Source: an uncultured candidatus Porisulfidus sp. (GTDB lineage Bacteria; Pseudomonadota; Gammaproteobacteria; Poriferisulfidales; Poriferisulfidaceae). Taken from it: a DNA stretch of 64,000 nt. The notes beneath the pieces are model-generated. The model saw only the letters and a program-made list of their open reading frames with translations. It did no database searches and had not been told where the DNA came from. Below are positions 9,100 to 19,813 of this stretch, in pieces. How positions within the stretch are numbered: position 1 is the first letter of the stretch; every line of letters begins with the position of its first letter. Both the position numbers and the translations under genes were made by a program. The stretch is taken from contig CBDASZ010000001.1 in assembly GCA_965199755.1 (NCBI GenBank), forward strand, positions 737,509-801,508, written 5' to 3'.

Positions 9100-10035
9100 A
9101 TGTCTGCTTCCATTGTGGTGGAGAATCTGGTCAAGATGTACGGCGATTTGTGCGCCGTCAATGACCTGAGTTTTGAAGTAGGGCCGGGGGAAGTTCTCGG
9201 TTTTCTTGGTCCGAATGGGGCGGGCAAGTCCACCACCATGAAAATGATCACCGGCTTTTTGGCTCCGACCTCTGGCCGTGTGCATGTCTGTGGCTATCCG
9301 GTAGAAACGCAACCACTGCAAGCCAAGCGACGTATGGGCTATTTGCCTGAAGGCGCGCCAGCCTACAGTGAGATGACGCCATGGCAGTTTCTGAACTTTA
9401 TTGCTGACATTCGCCGTCCCCAAGAACGCGCTGAACGTTTGGACTGGGTGGTGGATCAGTTGGGACTGGAGCCGGTGCTGCACCGTCCGGTAGAGACGCT
9501 GTCGAAAGGCTATCGTCGTCGAGTAGGTTTGGCGCAAGCGATCTTGCATGACCCGGACGTGCTGATTATGGATGAGCCGACGGATGGTCTGGACCCGAAC
9601 CAGAAACGCCAGGTGCGCCAGTTCATTAACGAAATGGCGAAAGACAAGATCATTGTGATCTCCACACATATTCTCGAAGAAGTAGAAGCGGTCTGCACCC
9701 GCGCCACCATCATTGCCGAGGGCAAGATTCTGGTGGACGACTCACCGGAAATATTGCGGGCGCGTTCCCGTTATCACAATGCAATAACCGTGCAGACATC
9801 AGTGGAGGCGTCGGTACGCGCAGAGTTACAGGAATTGAACGGAGTCGCCGAGTGCATTGAGGAACGTGAGGGCAGCCTCACGCTGGTGCCTCGCGCCGAT
9901 GCGGCACTGGAGGAGCCTGTGCGTCAGGTTCTGGCGCGCCATGATCTTGGGGATGCGCCGCTGCACATCCAGACGGGCCGACTGGATGATGTGTTTCACG
10001 ATTTGACCCAGCACGCTTATGAATCTACTGCCTAA
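9100..10035 (+). CDS. ABC transporter ATP-binding protein (GldA-like).
   Basis: Walker A 'GPNGAGKST', signature 'LSKGYRRRVGLAQAI', Walker B 'LIMDEPT'. It is the first gene of a 4-gene operon with overlapping junctions. Confidence 0.85.
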   Translation: MSASIVVENLVKMYGDLCAVNDLSFEVGPGEVLGFLGPNGAGKSTTMKMITGFLAPTSGRVHVCGYPVETQPLQAKRRMGYLPEGAPAYSEMTPWQFLNFIADIRRPQERAERLDWVVDQLGLEPVLHRPVETLSKGYRRRVGLAQAILHDPDVLIMDEPTDGLDPNQKRQVRQFINEMAKDKIIVISTHILEEVEAVCTRATIIAEGKILVDDSPEILRARSRYHNAITVQTSVEASVRAELQELNGVAECIEEREGSLTLVPRADAALEEPVRQVLARHDLGDAPLHIQTGRLDDVFHDLTQHAYESTA

Positions 10036-10762
10036 TCTGCTGCCGATTCTGCGGCGCGAATTGTTGGGGTACTTCCAGACGCCGGTCGCCTACGTGTTCA
10101 TCACGATTTTCCTGCTGTTGTCTGGGGCGATGACCTTTTACATGGGCAATTTCTATGAGCGCGAACAGGCAGACCTGAGCGCGTTCTTTATGTTTCATCC
10201 GTGGCTGTACCTGTTTTTGGTACCGGCCATTTCCATGCGTCTGTGGGCGGAAGAGCGCAAGACCGGCAGCATTGAATTGCTGATGACACTGCCCGTGACA
10301 GTGACTGAAACCGTGCTGGGCAAATTCCTGGCCGCGTGGGGCTTCACCGGAATCGCCTTGTTGCTGACCTTCCCGATCTGGATCACCGTGAATTACCTCG
10401 GCGACCCGGACAACGGCATTATTTTCGCCGCCTACATTGGCAGTTTTCTGATGGCAGGCGGATTCATGGCGATTGGCGCGTGTATTTCCGCGACCACGCG
10501 CAATCAGGTCATCGCCTTCATTCTGAGCGTCGTGATTTGTTTTCTGTATCTGCTCAGTGGCTTTCCGCTGGTGCTGGATTTCTTCCAGTTATGGTTGCCG
10601 CAGACGGTGGTCGACACCATCGCTTCGCTGAGCTTCCTGACTCACTTCACCTCCATTAACAAGGGTGTGATTGATCTGCGCGATCTGGTGTACTTCCTGA
10701 TTCTGATTTCGATCTGGCTGTACGCCAACATCATCATCGTACGCGCCCGCAAAGCGGTATGA
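10019..10762 (+). CDS. ABC-2 family permease (GldF-like).
   Basis: 247 aa with 6 predicted TM helices. Its start overlaps the ATPase stop. The N-terminus is 'LLPILRRELLGYFQTP'. Confidence 0.75.
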   Translation: MNLLPNLLPILRRELLGYFQTPVAYVFITIFLLLSGAMTFYMGNFYEREQADLSAFFMFHPWLYLFLVPAISMRLWAEERKTGSIELLMTLPVTVTETVLGKFLAAWGFTGIALLLTFPIWITVNYLGDPDNGIIFAAYIGSFLMAGGFMAIGACISATTRNQVIAFILSVVICFLYLLSGFPLVLDFFQLWLPQTVVDTIASLSFLTHFTSINKGVIDLRDLVYFLILISIWLYANIIIVRARKAV

Positions 10763-12651
10763 AGATCAAACTCGACGACGCGCAATCTTACGCCGCGGCT
10801 GGCATCGGCCTGCTGGGCGTGTTGCTGGTATCGGCAGTACTGCTCAGTAATCTGGTGCTGGACAATTTCCGCCTGGATTTGACCGAGCAAAAACTTTATA
10901 CCGTCAGTGATGGCACCTTGCAGGTGCTGGAGAAGATTCCTCAACCCATCAACCTGTATCTGTTTTTCTCCAATCGGGCCAGCGCTGATCATGCTGCGTT
11001 GCGCAACTACGCGCAGCGGGTTCGTGAATTGCTGGAGGAGTACACCTATTACGCGGACGGACGCCTGACGTTGCAGATCATCGACCCGGAGCCGTTCTCG
11101 GAAGACGAGGATCGCGCGGCCGAGTTTCGCTTGAAGGCACTGCCGGTGGCAGACGGTCACAATCTTTACTTTGGTTTGGTCGGCACCAATGCGGTGGATG
11201 ATGTCGCCATTATTGAGTTCTTCCAACCGGACCGCGAGACTTTTCTGGAATACGACATCAGCCAGTTGATCTACACACTGGCCAATCCGGTCAAGCCTGT
11301 TGTGGGAGTGGTGACCGGATTGCAGATGTTTGGTAGTTTCGACTCCGCGGAGCAGGCATCTATCCCTGAATGGGCGATGATCTCGCATCTCAAACAGACT
11401 TTTGATGTGCGGCAGATTGATGTTAAAGCTGGCGCAATTGACCCGGATATACGGATCCTCATGCTGGTGCATCCGAAAGGACTGGATGAGGCGATGCTGT
11501 ACGCCATTGATCAGTTTGTGTTGCGCGGAGGTCGGCTGATGCTGTTCGCGGATCCCTACGCAGACAAGGATCCTCTGTTCTATCAGGCCAGCAACCCACC
11601 GGAATCAGGTGGCATTCAGGCTTCCGACATCAAAGGGCTGCTGGATGCCTGGGGTCTGGAAATAGACATGGAGCAGATTGTGGCGGATCGACGCCAAGCG
11701 CTGCCTGTGCAGGCGCAAGATCAGGCGCGAACAGTACGACATGCGTCGTTTCTGAATATCTCGGTAGACAGTCTGAATCTGGAGAATTTGATCACAGCGC
11801 AATTATCTCGCGTAGTGGTGGGCTTCCCCGGCGCGGTGCGTACTGCGGAGAGTTTCGAGGGCGAGTTCACACCGCTGTTGCAAACCACCGTGGATTCTCG
11901 GCTGATTCACAAGCAGCACTATCGCTATTTGCCGAATCCGGCGGTACTGATGCAAGACTTTGTGCCGACCGAGGAGCGCTACATCATGGCGGCCTGGGTG
12001 CGTGCGCAACCGCGCAGCATGTTCCCGGAAGGCCCGCCGGAAGCGGTGGAGAATCCACCGGAAGGAGGGCATCTGGCAGGTGCCCTGGAGCCGCGCGACA
12101 TGATTATTGTCACGGACAGCGACATGCTATCGGACACGCTGTGGGCGCAGGTGCAGAACTTCTTTGGCCAGCGCGTGATTCGTCCGTGGGCGCATAACGG
12201 TGATTTCGTTGTCAATGCGCTCGACAGTCTGGGCGGCAGCGGTGATTTGATCGGACTGCGCGGACGTTCCCAGTTCTCGCGGCCATTTCACGTGGTCGAT
12301 GAGTTGCGCCAAGAGGCCGAGGCGCGACTGCATGAGCAGGAGAAGGCACTGAGGCAAAAACTTCAGGAGACCGAAGACAAGATACAGCAGTTGCAGCAGC
12401 ACAAACAGGAAGGCGAGCAGGATTTGCTGAGCTCCGAGCAGCGCGCGGAAATTGATGCGTACTATCAGGAACGCTCCCGGGTCCGCCGCGCCTTGCGCTC
12501 GGTGCGCCATGAACTGGATCAGGACATTGAATCTTTGGGTTCGCGCTTGCGGCTGATCAACATTTGGCTGATGCCATTGCTGGTCACCCTCGGTGCATTG
12601 GGTCTGTGGCTGATGCAGCGTCGCCGCCGCGCCCGGAGGCAGCAGGCATGA
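10759..12651 (+). CDS. GldG-like ABC-transporter auxiliary component (ABC-type uncharacterised transport system).
   Basis: 630 aa with N- and C-terminal TM anchors and a large periplasmic region. A coiled-coil 'QEKALRQKLQETEDKIQQLQQ' lies near the C-terminus. It overlaps both of its neighbours. Confidence 0.7.
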   Translation: MKIKLDDAQSYAAAGIGLLGVLLVSAVLLSNLVLDNFRLDLTEQKLYTVSDGTLQVLEKIPQPINLYLFFSNRASADHAALRNYAQRVRELLEEYTYYADGRLTLQIIDPEPFSEDEDRAAEFRLKALPVADGHNLYFGLVGTNAVDDVAIIEFFQPDRETFLEYDISQLIYTLANPVKPVVGVVTGLQMFGSFDSAEQASIPEWAMISHLKQTFDVRQIDVKAGAIDPDIRILMLVHPKGLDEAMLYAIDQFVLRGGRLMLFADPYADKDPLFYQASNPPESGGIQASDIKGLLDAWGLEIDMEQIVADRRQALPVQAQDQARTVRHASFLNISVDSLNLENLITAQLSRVVVGFPGAVRTAESFEGEFTPLLQTTVDSRLIHKQHYRYLPNPAVLMQDFVPTEERYIMAAWVRAQPRSMFPEGPPEAVENPPEGGHLAGALEPRDMIIVTDSDMLSDTLWAQVQNFFGQRVIRPWAHNGDFVVNALDSLGGSGDLIGLRGRSQFSRPFHVVDELRQEAEARLHEQEKALRQKLQETEDKIQQLQQHKQEGEQDLLSSEQRAEIDAYYQERSRVRRALRSVRHELDQDIESLGSRLRLINIWLMPLLVTLGALGLWLMQRRRRARRQQA

Positions 12652-13652
12652 GTTTGCGCGAATTGAAGATTCTCGCAGCGGTCACGGTCACGACCTTGCT
12701 GCTGGCATTGTTGACGCTCAGTCTGAAAATGTCCGCGCAGCATGATGAACGGCTGGGGCAGTTGTGGCTGGACGGGCTAGATGTCAACGCGGTGCACCGT
12801 ATCGAAATCACTGGACCGAACAATCAGGAAGTGGCGCTGGAGCGTCGCGCGCAGGGCTGGACAGTGGTTCAGCGGGAGCATTATCCGGCCCGAATCAGCA
12901 TGATTCGCACATTACTGCTGGATGTGTCGGAAGCCAGGTTATTTGAGCGCAAGACGGATGATGCCGAGCAGCACGCACAGTTGGGGCTAGGCAAGATTGG
13001 ACAGCCGCAAGCGCAAGGGCAGCAGATCAAACTGATAGGCGGAGGCGTGCGCGTGATTCGTATTGGCACGCAACCGAGCGGACGTAATGCCACATATGTA
13101 CGCCACAGCAATGAAGAGCAGGCATGGCTGGTGGATCGCACATTCACGATTCCGATGGAGCCGCGGCGCTGGCTGGAGCCGGAACTGCTCGATATTCGCC
13201 TTGAGCAGATGCACCGCATTACCATCACGCACGCAGACGGCGAAAAGGTGCGTGGTGAGCGCGACGCAGAAGAAGTGCGTTTCGCTCCGCTCAATTTACC
13301 GAGTGGGAAGGTGCTGAAGAATGAAATGGCGCTGAATCGCATCGCCAGCGCGATCACCAGTCTGTCACTGGAAGACGTGATGTCTGCGACTGAGGCGGGT
13401 GCGCATGTGCGCGACGCGAAGACGCGCATTGAGTACGACTTGTACGAGGGCTATATTTTGAAGGCGCAGTTATTCGCTATCGAGGAACAGCGCTATGCCT
13501 ACTTCACCGTGCAGGTCAAGGATGGGGCGAGGCAGGAATATCGCGATGCTGCGGCCGCGTTGGCCGCGAGGCTTGAGGGCTGGGCGTTTCGGATTCCGTC
13601 TTTTGCTTACGACAGTATGGCCCTGCGTTGGGCTGATCTGACTGAAGACTGA
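12648..13652 (+). CDS. DUF4340-like protein, membrane-anchored; the usual 4th gene of GldAFG-like operons.
   Basis: The ATGA overlaps the upstream stop. It has an N-terminal TM 'ILAAVTVTTLLLALLTL'. The longer ORF from 12564 is rejected. Confidence 0.55.
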   Translation: MSLRELKILAAVTVTTLLLALLTLSLKMSAQHDERLGQLWLDGLDVNAVHRIEITGPNNQEVALERRAQGWTVVQREHYPARISMIRTLLLDVSEARLFERKTDDAEQHAQLGLGKIGQPQAQGQQIKLIGGGVRVIRIGTQPSGRNATYVRHSNEEQAWLVDRTFTIPMEPRRWLEPELLDIRLEQMHRITITHADGEKVRGERDAEEVRFAPLNLPSGKVLKNEMALNRIASAITSLSLEDVMSATEAGAHVRDAKTRIEYDLYEGYILKAQLFAIEEQRYAYFTVQVKDGARQEYRDAAAALAARLEGWAFRIPSFAYDSMALRWADLTED

Positions 13653-13653
13653 G

Positions 13654-14646
<993 letters not shown>

Positions 14647-14785
14647 TTATGCCACGTGCCACTATCTTTATAATGAGAGATATGATAAGTCAAAGCGGGT
14701 GCGGGGAACGACCTGACCTGTCGCAAAGCCTGGATAGAAAGGGCGCAGAGCGACTCCTCCTGACACGGCTGCCGCCTTCGATATC

Positions 14786-17089
14786 GTGAAGAAGAAATCC
14801 TCTGCCCCGCGCGCCAAAAAAGCCCCGGAAGAAGCCGTCCTTTCTCCCATATTGCGAGAAGGAGTGTTGCTGCTGATGGCGGCCATATCAGTCTTTTTGC
14901 TGGTCGCGCTGGTGAGTTTCGATGGCAATGATCCGAGTTGGTGGGATACGGGCGACAACGCGACGGTGATGAACGCGGCCGGGCATGTTGGTGCCAATGT
15001 CGCCGTGGCCTTGTTCTTTTTGATCGGCCATCTGGCCTATCTGCTACCCTTGATGCTGGCGTACCACGGCTGGCTGATTTATCGGCAGAGAAAAATCTTC
15101 ACAGGAACCCGCAATCGTCCGAGCTGGCATCTGGCCACGCTGCACTGGGGCGGTTTTCTGATGACCCTGTCGTCCATCTGCGCTTTGGCGAGCATGCACG
15201 TGGTGCTCAACGATCCCATGCCAACGGGCAGCGGTGGCGTTCTGGGACGGGAGATCGCGTACGGTTTTGAGGCTGCCTTCAGCCGCATCGGAGGGACAGT
15301 GTTGCTGCTGGCGGGGCTGTTTAGCGGAATCACGGTGTGGACAGGATTTTCTTGGCTGGCGGCGACCGATACGGTGGGCCGCTGGACGATGGGACTGGGC
15401 GAGTGGCTGTACAGGATAGGCGAGTGGATTCACGATTATTGGAAAGGCCGGCGCAGTCGGCAGCAACGTCAGGAGCGTCTGGTTGAGCGGCAGAAAAAGA
15501 AAAGCAGACAGACGAAAGTTCGGGTCGAGCCCAAAGTGGAAGTCAAACCGGACAAGGTGCGCGAGGTCAAAGAGAAGCAGCCGGAGTTGTTCAAGGTTGA
15601 AGCTGGCGGGTTGCCGCCAGTGCACTTATTGGATTCTCCTTCCACAGAGGGTCATGGTTATTCGGATGATGAAATTGAACACATGAAAACGCAGATCGAG
15701 GTCAAACTTGAAGAGTTTGGCATCGGCGCTGAGGTGGTCAATGTAATTCGCGGCCCCGTGGTGACACGCTTTGAGCTGGAACCGGATGCCGGGGTACGCG
15801 GCGGCAAGATCAGCAGTTCCGCCAAAGATCTGGCACGTGCCTTGTCGGTGGTGAGTGTGCGCGTGGTGGAAGTGGTGGAAGGGAAATCTGTGATCGGCGT
15901 GGAAGTGCCCAACGAGGACCGCGAAATTGTCAGAATCAGCGAAATTCTGGGATCCGAGGCGTTCAACCGTTCGAGTTCCCTGCTGACTATGGTGCTCGGC
16001 AAGGCGATTGATGGTGAAGCGATGGTCGGGGATCTCGCCAAAATGCCGCACTTGCTGGTCGCGGGCACCACCGGCTCCGGCAAGTCGGTGGCCATCAATA
16101 CGATTCTGACCAGCCTGCTGTACAAAGCGACGCCGACGCAACTGCGCCTGATTCTGGTCGATCCGAAAATGCTGGAGTTGAACATCTACGATGGCATTCC
16201 GCATTTGCTGACGCCGGTGATTACGGACATGAAGCGCGCCGCGCGCGCCTTGCAATGGTGCGTGATTGAAATGGAGCGCCGCTACCGGCTGATGTCGGAG
16301 TTGGGCGTGCGCAACTTAAGTGGCTACAACAAAAAAATCGAAGAGGCGGGCGGCAGTCTGCGCGATCCCACGTATGACGAAGCCACGACAGAAGAAGATC
16401 AGGCCGAAGTACCGACGCTGGAGTTGCTGCCGTACGTTGCGGTGGTGATTGATGAGTTTGCCGACATGATCATGGTGGTGGGCAAGGCCGTGGAAGAGTA
16501 CATCATCCGCCTTGCGCAGAAAGCGCGGGCGGCGGGCATTCACCTAATTCTGGCTACCCAGCGCCCGACCCGTGATGTCATCACGGGATTGATCAAGTCC
16601 AACATTCCGTCGCGCATTGCGTTCAGTGTGGCGTCCAGCATGGATTCGCGGGTCATTCTGGATCAGAACGGTGCGGAAAGTTTATTGGGACAAGGGGATA
16701 TGCTGTTCATGGACAGCGGTTCCGCTGTGCCATCCCGGATACATGGCGCGTTCATTTCCGAAGACGAAGTCAGGGAGGTTGTGCAGCATCTGCACCAGCA
16801 CGGCGGCGAACCGCACTACCTGGAGGCGGTTACTGAAGAGCAGGAAACCGGTCCGGCTTATAGCGGTGGTGGGCAGGATGATGATGCCGATGATCTTTAC
16901 CAGGAAGGTGTTGAGGTGGTGCTACGCGATGAGAAAGCATCGATTTCTTATCTGCAGCGTCGTTTGAAAATCGGCTACAACCGTGCGGCCAGCATGATCG
17001 AGAGAATGGAAGAGGAGGGGATCGTCAGCCCGGTGCAGCCTAATGGGGGACGCGAGATTTTGGGGAGTTCGGGGGACGACGGATCTTGA
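14786..17089 (+). CDS. ftsK: DNA translocase FtsK.
   Basis: GTG start. It has an N-terminal multi-TM region, a Pro/Gln/Lys-rich linker, a motor domain with 'GTTGSGKS', and a C-terminal gamma domain. Confidence 0.92.
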   Translation: MKKKSSAPRAKKAPEEAVLSPILREGVLLLMAAISVFLLVALVSFDGNDPSWWDTGDNATVMNAAGHVGANVAVALFFLIGHLAYLLPLMLAYHGWLIYRQRKIFTGTRNRPSWHLATLHWGGFLMTLSSICALASMHVVLNDPMPTGSGGVLGREIAYGFEAAFSRIGGTVLLLAGLFSGITVWTGFSWLAATDTVGRWTMGLGEWLYRIGEWIHDYWKGRRSRQQRQERLVERQKKKSRQTKVRVEPKVEVKPDKVREVKEKQPELFKVEAGGLPPVHLLDSPSTEGHGYSDDEIEHMKTQIEVKLEEFGIGAEVVNVIRGPVVTRFELEPDAGVRGGKISSSAKDLARALSVVSVRVVEVVEGKSVIGVEVPNEDREIVRISEILGSEAFNRSSSLLTMVLGKAIDGEAMVGDLAKMPHLLVAGTTGSGKSVAINTILTSLLYKATPTQLRLILVDPKMLELNIYDGIPHLLTPVITDMKRAARALQWCVIEMERRYRLMSELGVRNLSGYNKKIEEAGGSLRDPTYDEATTEEDQAEVPTLELLPYVAVVIDEFADMIMVVGKAVEEYIIRLAQKARAAGIHLILATQRPTRDVITGLIKSNIPSRIAFSVASSMDSRVILDQNGAESLLGQGDMLFMDSGSAVPSRIHGAFISEDEVREVVQHLHQHGGEPHYLEAVTEEQETGPAYSGGGQDDDADDLYQEGVEVVLRDEKASISYLQRRLKIGYNRAASMIERMEEEGIVSPVQPNGGREILGSSGDDGS

Positions 17090-17715
17090 TGCGTCGTGGC
17101 CGCGCTTGCGTGCTGGCGAGCCTGATTCTGGGAGTCGCTGCGACCGGTGCGTACGCTGAGGAAGTACTACATCAGTTCTTCGCGCAAACCCAAACCATAC
17201 AAGGTGAATTCACCCAGGTGGTGACCTACCCCAGTGGCGAAGTGTATGCCACGGGCAACGGGAAAATACGTTTGCTGCGACCTGATTTTCTGTACTGGGA
17301 TTATCAAGGTGAAGAGCCTTTGACGCTGGTCTCAGACGGCAAAAACTTCTGGACTTATGATCCGCTGCTAATGCAGGCGACCGTCACACCGCTGGATGAG
17401 GCGCTGGGACGTTCACCGCTGGCGATGCTGGTTCGTGGGCGAGGCTGGGAAGATCTGTTCGCCGTGCAGCGCGCGTGGTTTGAAAGTGACACCGAGTGGG
17501 TCGCATTGCGCCCGCGCGAGGGAAATGATACTACGAGCGCCATTGAGATCGGATTTCGCGCCGGGCAACTGCATCGGATTCATTTCACGGACGCACTGGG
17601 CCAGCGCGTTGAGATCATGTTTCAGAATGTCACCAGCAACCAGTCGATGCAGCCGGAGGATTTTCACTACACGCCTCCCGCCGGGACTGATATTCTTGGT
17701 CAAGCCAATCCATGA
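17089..17715 (+). CDS. lolA: Outer-membrane lipoprotein carrier protein LolA.
   Basis: Signal peptide 'MRRGRACVLASLILGVAATGAYA'. It has a 1-nt overlap with the ftsK stop. ftsK-lolA-rarA is a conserved synteny. Confidence 0.85.
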   Translation: MRRGRACVLASLILGVAATGAYAEEVLHQFFAQTQTIQGEFTQVVTYPSGEVYATGNGKIRLLRPDFLYWDYQGEEPLTLVSDGKNFWTYDPLLMQATVTPLDEALGRSPLAMLVRGRGWEDLFAVQRAWFESDTEWVALRPREGNDTTSAIEIGFRAGQLHRIHFTDALGQRVEIMFQNVTSNQSMQPEDFHYTPPAGTDILGQANP

Positions 17716-19040
17716 GCGACCTGTTCGAGAAGCCCAATCGATACCGGCCTCTGGCGGATCGGATGCGGCCGCGAACACTGGAAGAATTTGTTGGACAGGG
17801 TCACTTGCTCGGTGACGGCCTGCCGCTGAATCAGGCGATTCGCGCAGGGCATCTGCATTCCATGGTGTTTTGGGGGCCACCGGGCTCTGGCAAGACCACG
17901 CTGGCGCGTCTGGTGAGTCATTACGCGAGCGCGCGTTTCATCAGCATCTCCGCAGTATTGGCCGGCGTCAAGGAAATACGTGAGGCGATTGCCGCGGCGC
18001 GGCAGACGCGCGATCAGGACGATCAGGCCACGGTCTTATTTGTCGATGAGATTCATCGCCTGAACAAGGCGCAGCAGGATGTGTTCCTGCCGCACATGGA
18101 AGATGGCACGATTCATCTTCTGGGAGCGACCACTGAGAATCCCTCATTTGAGATCAACAACGCGCTGTTGTCTCGTGCGCGGGTATACGTGCTGAAGATA
18201 CTGGAAGTCGCGGACCTGGAGTCGGTGCTTGATGCCGCATTACAAGATGAGGAGAGAGGTGTGGGATCTTCTGCAGTGACGCTGGCGGATGAGGCGCGCA
18301 CTGTGTTGATACGCGCGGCGGACGGAGATGCGCGGGTGTTGCTGAACCTGCTCGAAATCGCGCTGGATCTGGCTGTGGCGGAAGGCGATCATTTGCGTAT
18401 TGACGGGGATGTGGCGCAACAAGTGGCTAGTCAGGGAGCGCGCCGTTTCGACAAGGGAGGGGAATATTTCTACGATCAGATCTCCGCGCTGCATAAAGCC
18501 GTGCGCGGTTCTGACCCGGATGCCGCGCTGTACTGGCTATGTCGCATGATCGACGGTGGCTGCGATCCGCGCTACATTGCACGTCGTGTCACGCGCATGG
18601 CGAGTGAGGATATTGGCAATGCGGCACCGCAGGCGTTGAACTTCTGCCTGTCGGCGTGGCAGGCTTATGAACGGCTGGGTTCGCCTGAAGGGGAGCTGGC
18701 AATCGCGTCAGCCGTGCTCTATCTCACTTGCGCTCCGAAAAGCAATGCGGCGTATAAAGCCTACAAACTTGCGATGGAGCAGGCAAAGATCTCAGGAACG
18801 CTGGAAGTGCCAATGCACCTGCGTAATGCGCCGACGCGGCTAATGAAGGATTTGGGCTATGGGAAGAATTATCAGTATGCCCATGATTTTGAAGATGCTC
18901 ATGTTCCCGGAGAAGTGTATTTCCCAGACTCTCTTGTAGGCAGCCAGTTTTATTTCCCGACCGATCGCGGGCAAGAAAAAACTGTTGCAGAATGGCTGCA
19001 GCGCATTCGTGAGGCGGCCAGCCAGAAAAAAGAGGCTTGA
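17712..19040 (+). CDS. rarA: Replication-associated recombination protein A (AAA+ ATPase).
   Basis: Walker A 'GPPGSGKTT', Walker B 'LFVDEIHR', and a C-terminal MgsA domain. Confidence 0.92.
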   Translation: MSDLFEKPNRYRPLADRMRPRTLEEFVGQGHLLGDGLPLNQAIRAGHLHSMVFWGPPGSGKTTLARLVSHYASARFISISAVLAGVKEIREAIAAARQTRDQDDQATVLFVDEIHRLNKAQQDVFLPHMEDGTIHLLGATTENPSFEINNALLSRARVYVLKILEVADLESVLDAALQDEERGVGSSAVTLADEARTVLIRAADGDARVLLNLLEIALDLAVAEGDHLRIDGDVAQQVASQGARRFDKGGEYFYDQISALHKAVRGSDPDAALYWLCRMIDGGCDPRYIARRVTRMASEDIGNAAPQALNFCLSAWQAYERLGSPEGELAIASAVLYLTCAPKSNAAYKAYKLAMEQAKISGTLEVPMHLRNAPTRLMKDLGYGKNYQYAHDFEDAHVPGEVYFPDSLVGSQFYFPTDRGQEKTVAEWLQRIREAASQKKEA

Positions 19041-19050
19041 GCCCTTTATT

Positions 19051-19482
19051 TTATTCAGGAGTGAACGGTTCTACCGGGTTTCCGGCTTCAATCCAAGCTT
19101 TGATGCCGCCGGCCATGTGCCGCACATTTTCAAATCCCATATCCGTCAGAGTTTGCGCGGCCAATGCCGAGCGACCGCTAGTGCCGCAATACAGAATCAA
19201 TTTAGTGGCTTGTGAGAAGATCTGACGGTGCATGGGAGATGAGGGGTCCGCATAAAACTCCAGCATGCCGCGCGAGGCATGGTGCGCACCGGGAATCGTG
19301 CCGCTTTGCATCAGTTCATGCTGGTCGCGGACGTCAATCACCGCGATTTCAGGATTGCCCAGAGCCTGAGTGACCTCGTTGAGCGAACATTCCTCAACCT
19401 GATCGATTGCATCGCCCAGAATATCGCGGAACCCGCGTTTGATAGAAACAGCCATAGTAGAGCCAAGTATATCGCATAGCAT
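19051..19482 (-). CDS. Single-domain rhodanese-like sulfurtransferase.
   Basis: It has the active-site 'CGTSGRS' loop. The alternative start at 19455 (MAVSIK...) gives a typical 134-aa rhodanese. Confidence 0.75.
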   Translation of the reverse strand: MLCDILGSTMAVSIKRGFRDILGDAIDQVEECSLNEVTQALGNPEIAVIDVRDQHELMQSGTIPGAHHASRGMLEFYADPSSPMHRQIFSQATKLILYCGTSGRSALAAQTLTDMGFENVRHMAGGIKAWIEAGNPVEPFTPE

Positions 19483-19564
19483 CGGGCATCTCTACGCTGT
19501 TAACGGCTGGTACAATGACTTCAACTAGTGGCAGGGGCATCTATCTGTCGGAGGTGACGAGCGT

Positions 19565-19780
19565 ATGAACCCGTTAAATCCCAAAATCTGGCCAAGCTGG
19601 ATTGGTTCTATGTGGACGATAGTTGTACTTGTTCTGGTGCATAACATTATCATTTTCTATATCCCCTCTGCTAGCTGGCGTTCGGGTTTGGGCGTACTGG
19701 TCGGTTTATTTATCGGTGCCTGGACGCTTCACAACTTGCACCTGTGGGCCGATCAGGTCGAACCCGAGAAGGGATCGTAA
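19565..19780 (+). CDS. Small 2-TM membrane protein; hypothetical.
   Basis: The SD 'ggagg' lies 10 nt upstream. It is 71 aa with two hydrophobic helices. Confidence 0.45.
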   Translation: MNPLNPKIWPSWIGSMWTIVVLVLVHNIIIFYIPSASWRSGLGVLVGLFIGAWTLHNLHLWADQVEPEKGS

Positions 19781-19813
19781 CAAGACCTCTGAACACAGCC
19801 TCCTTAACCGCTC

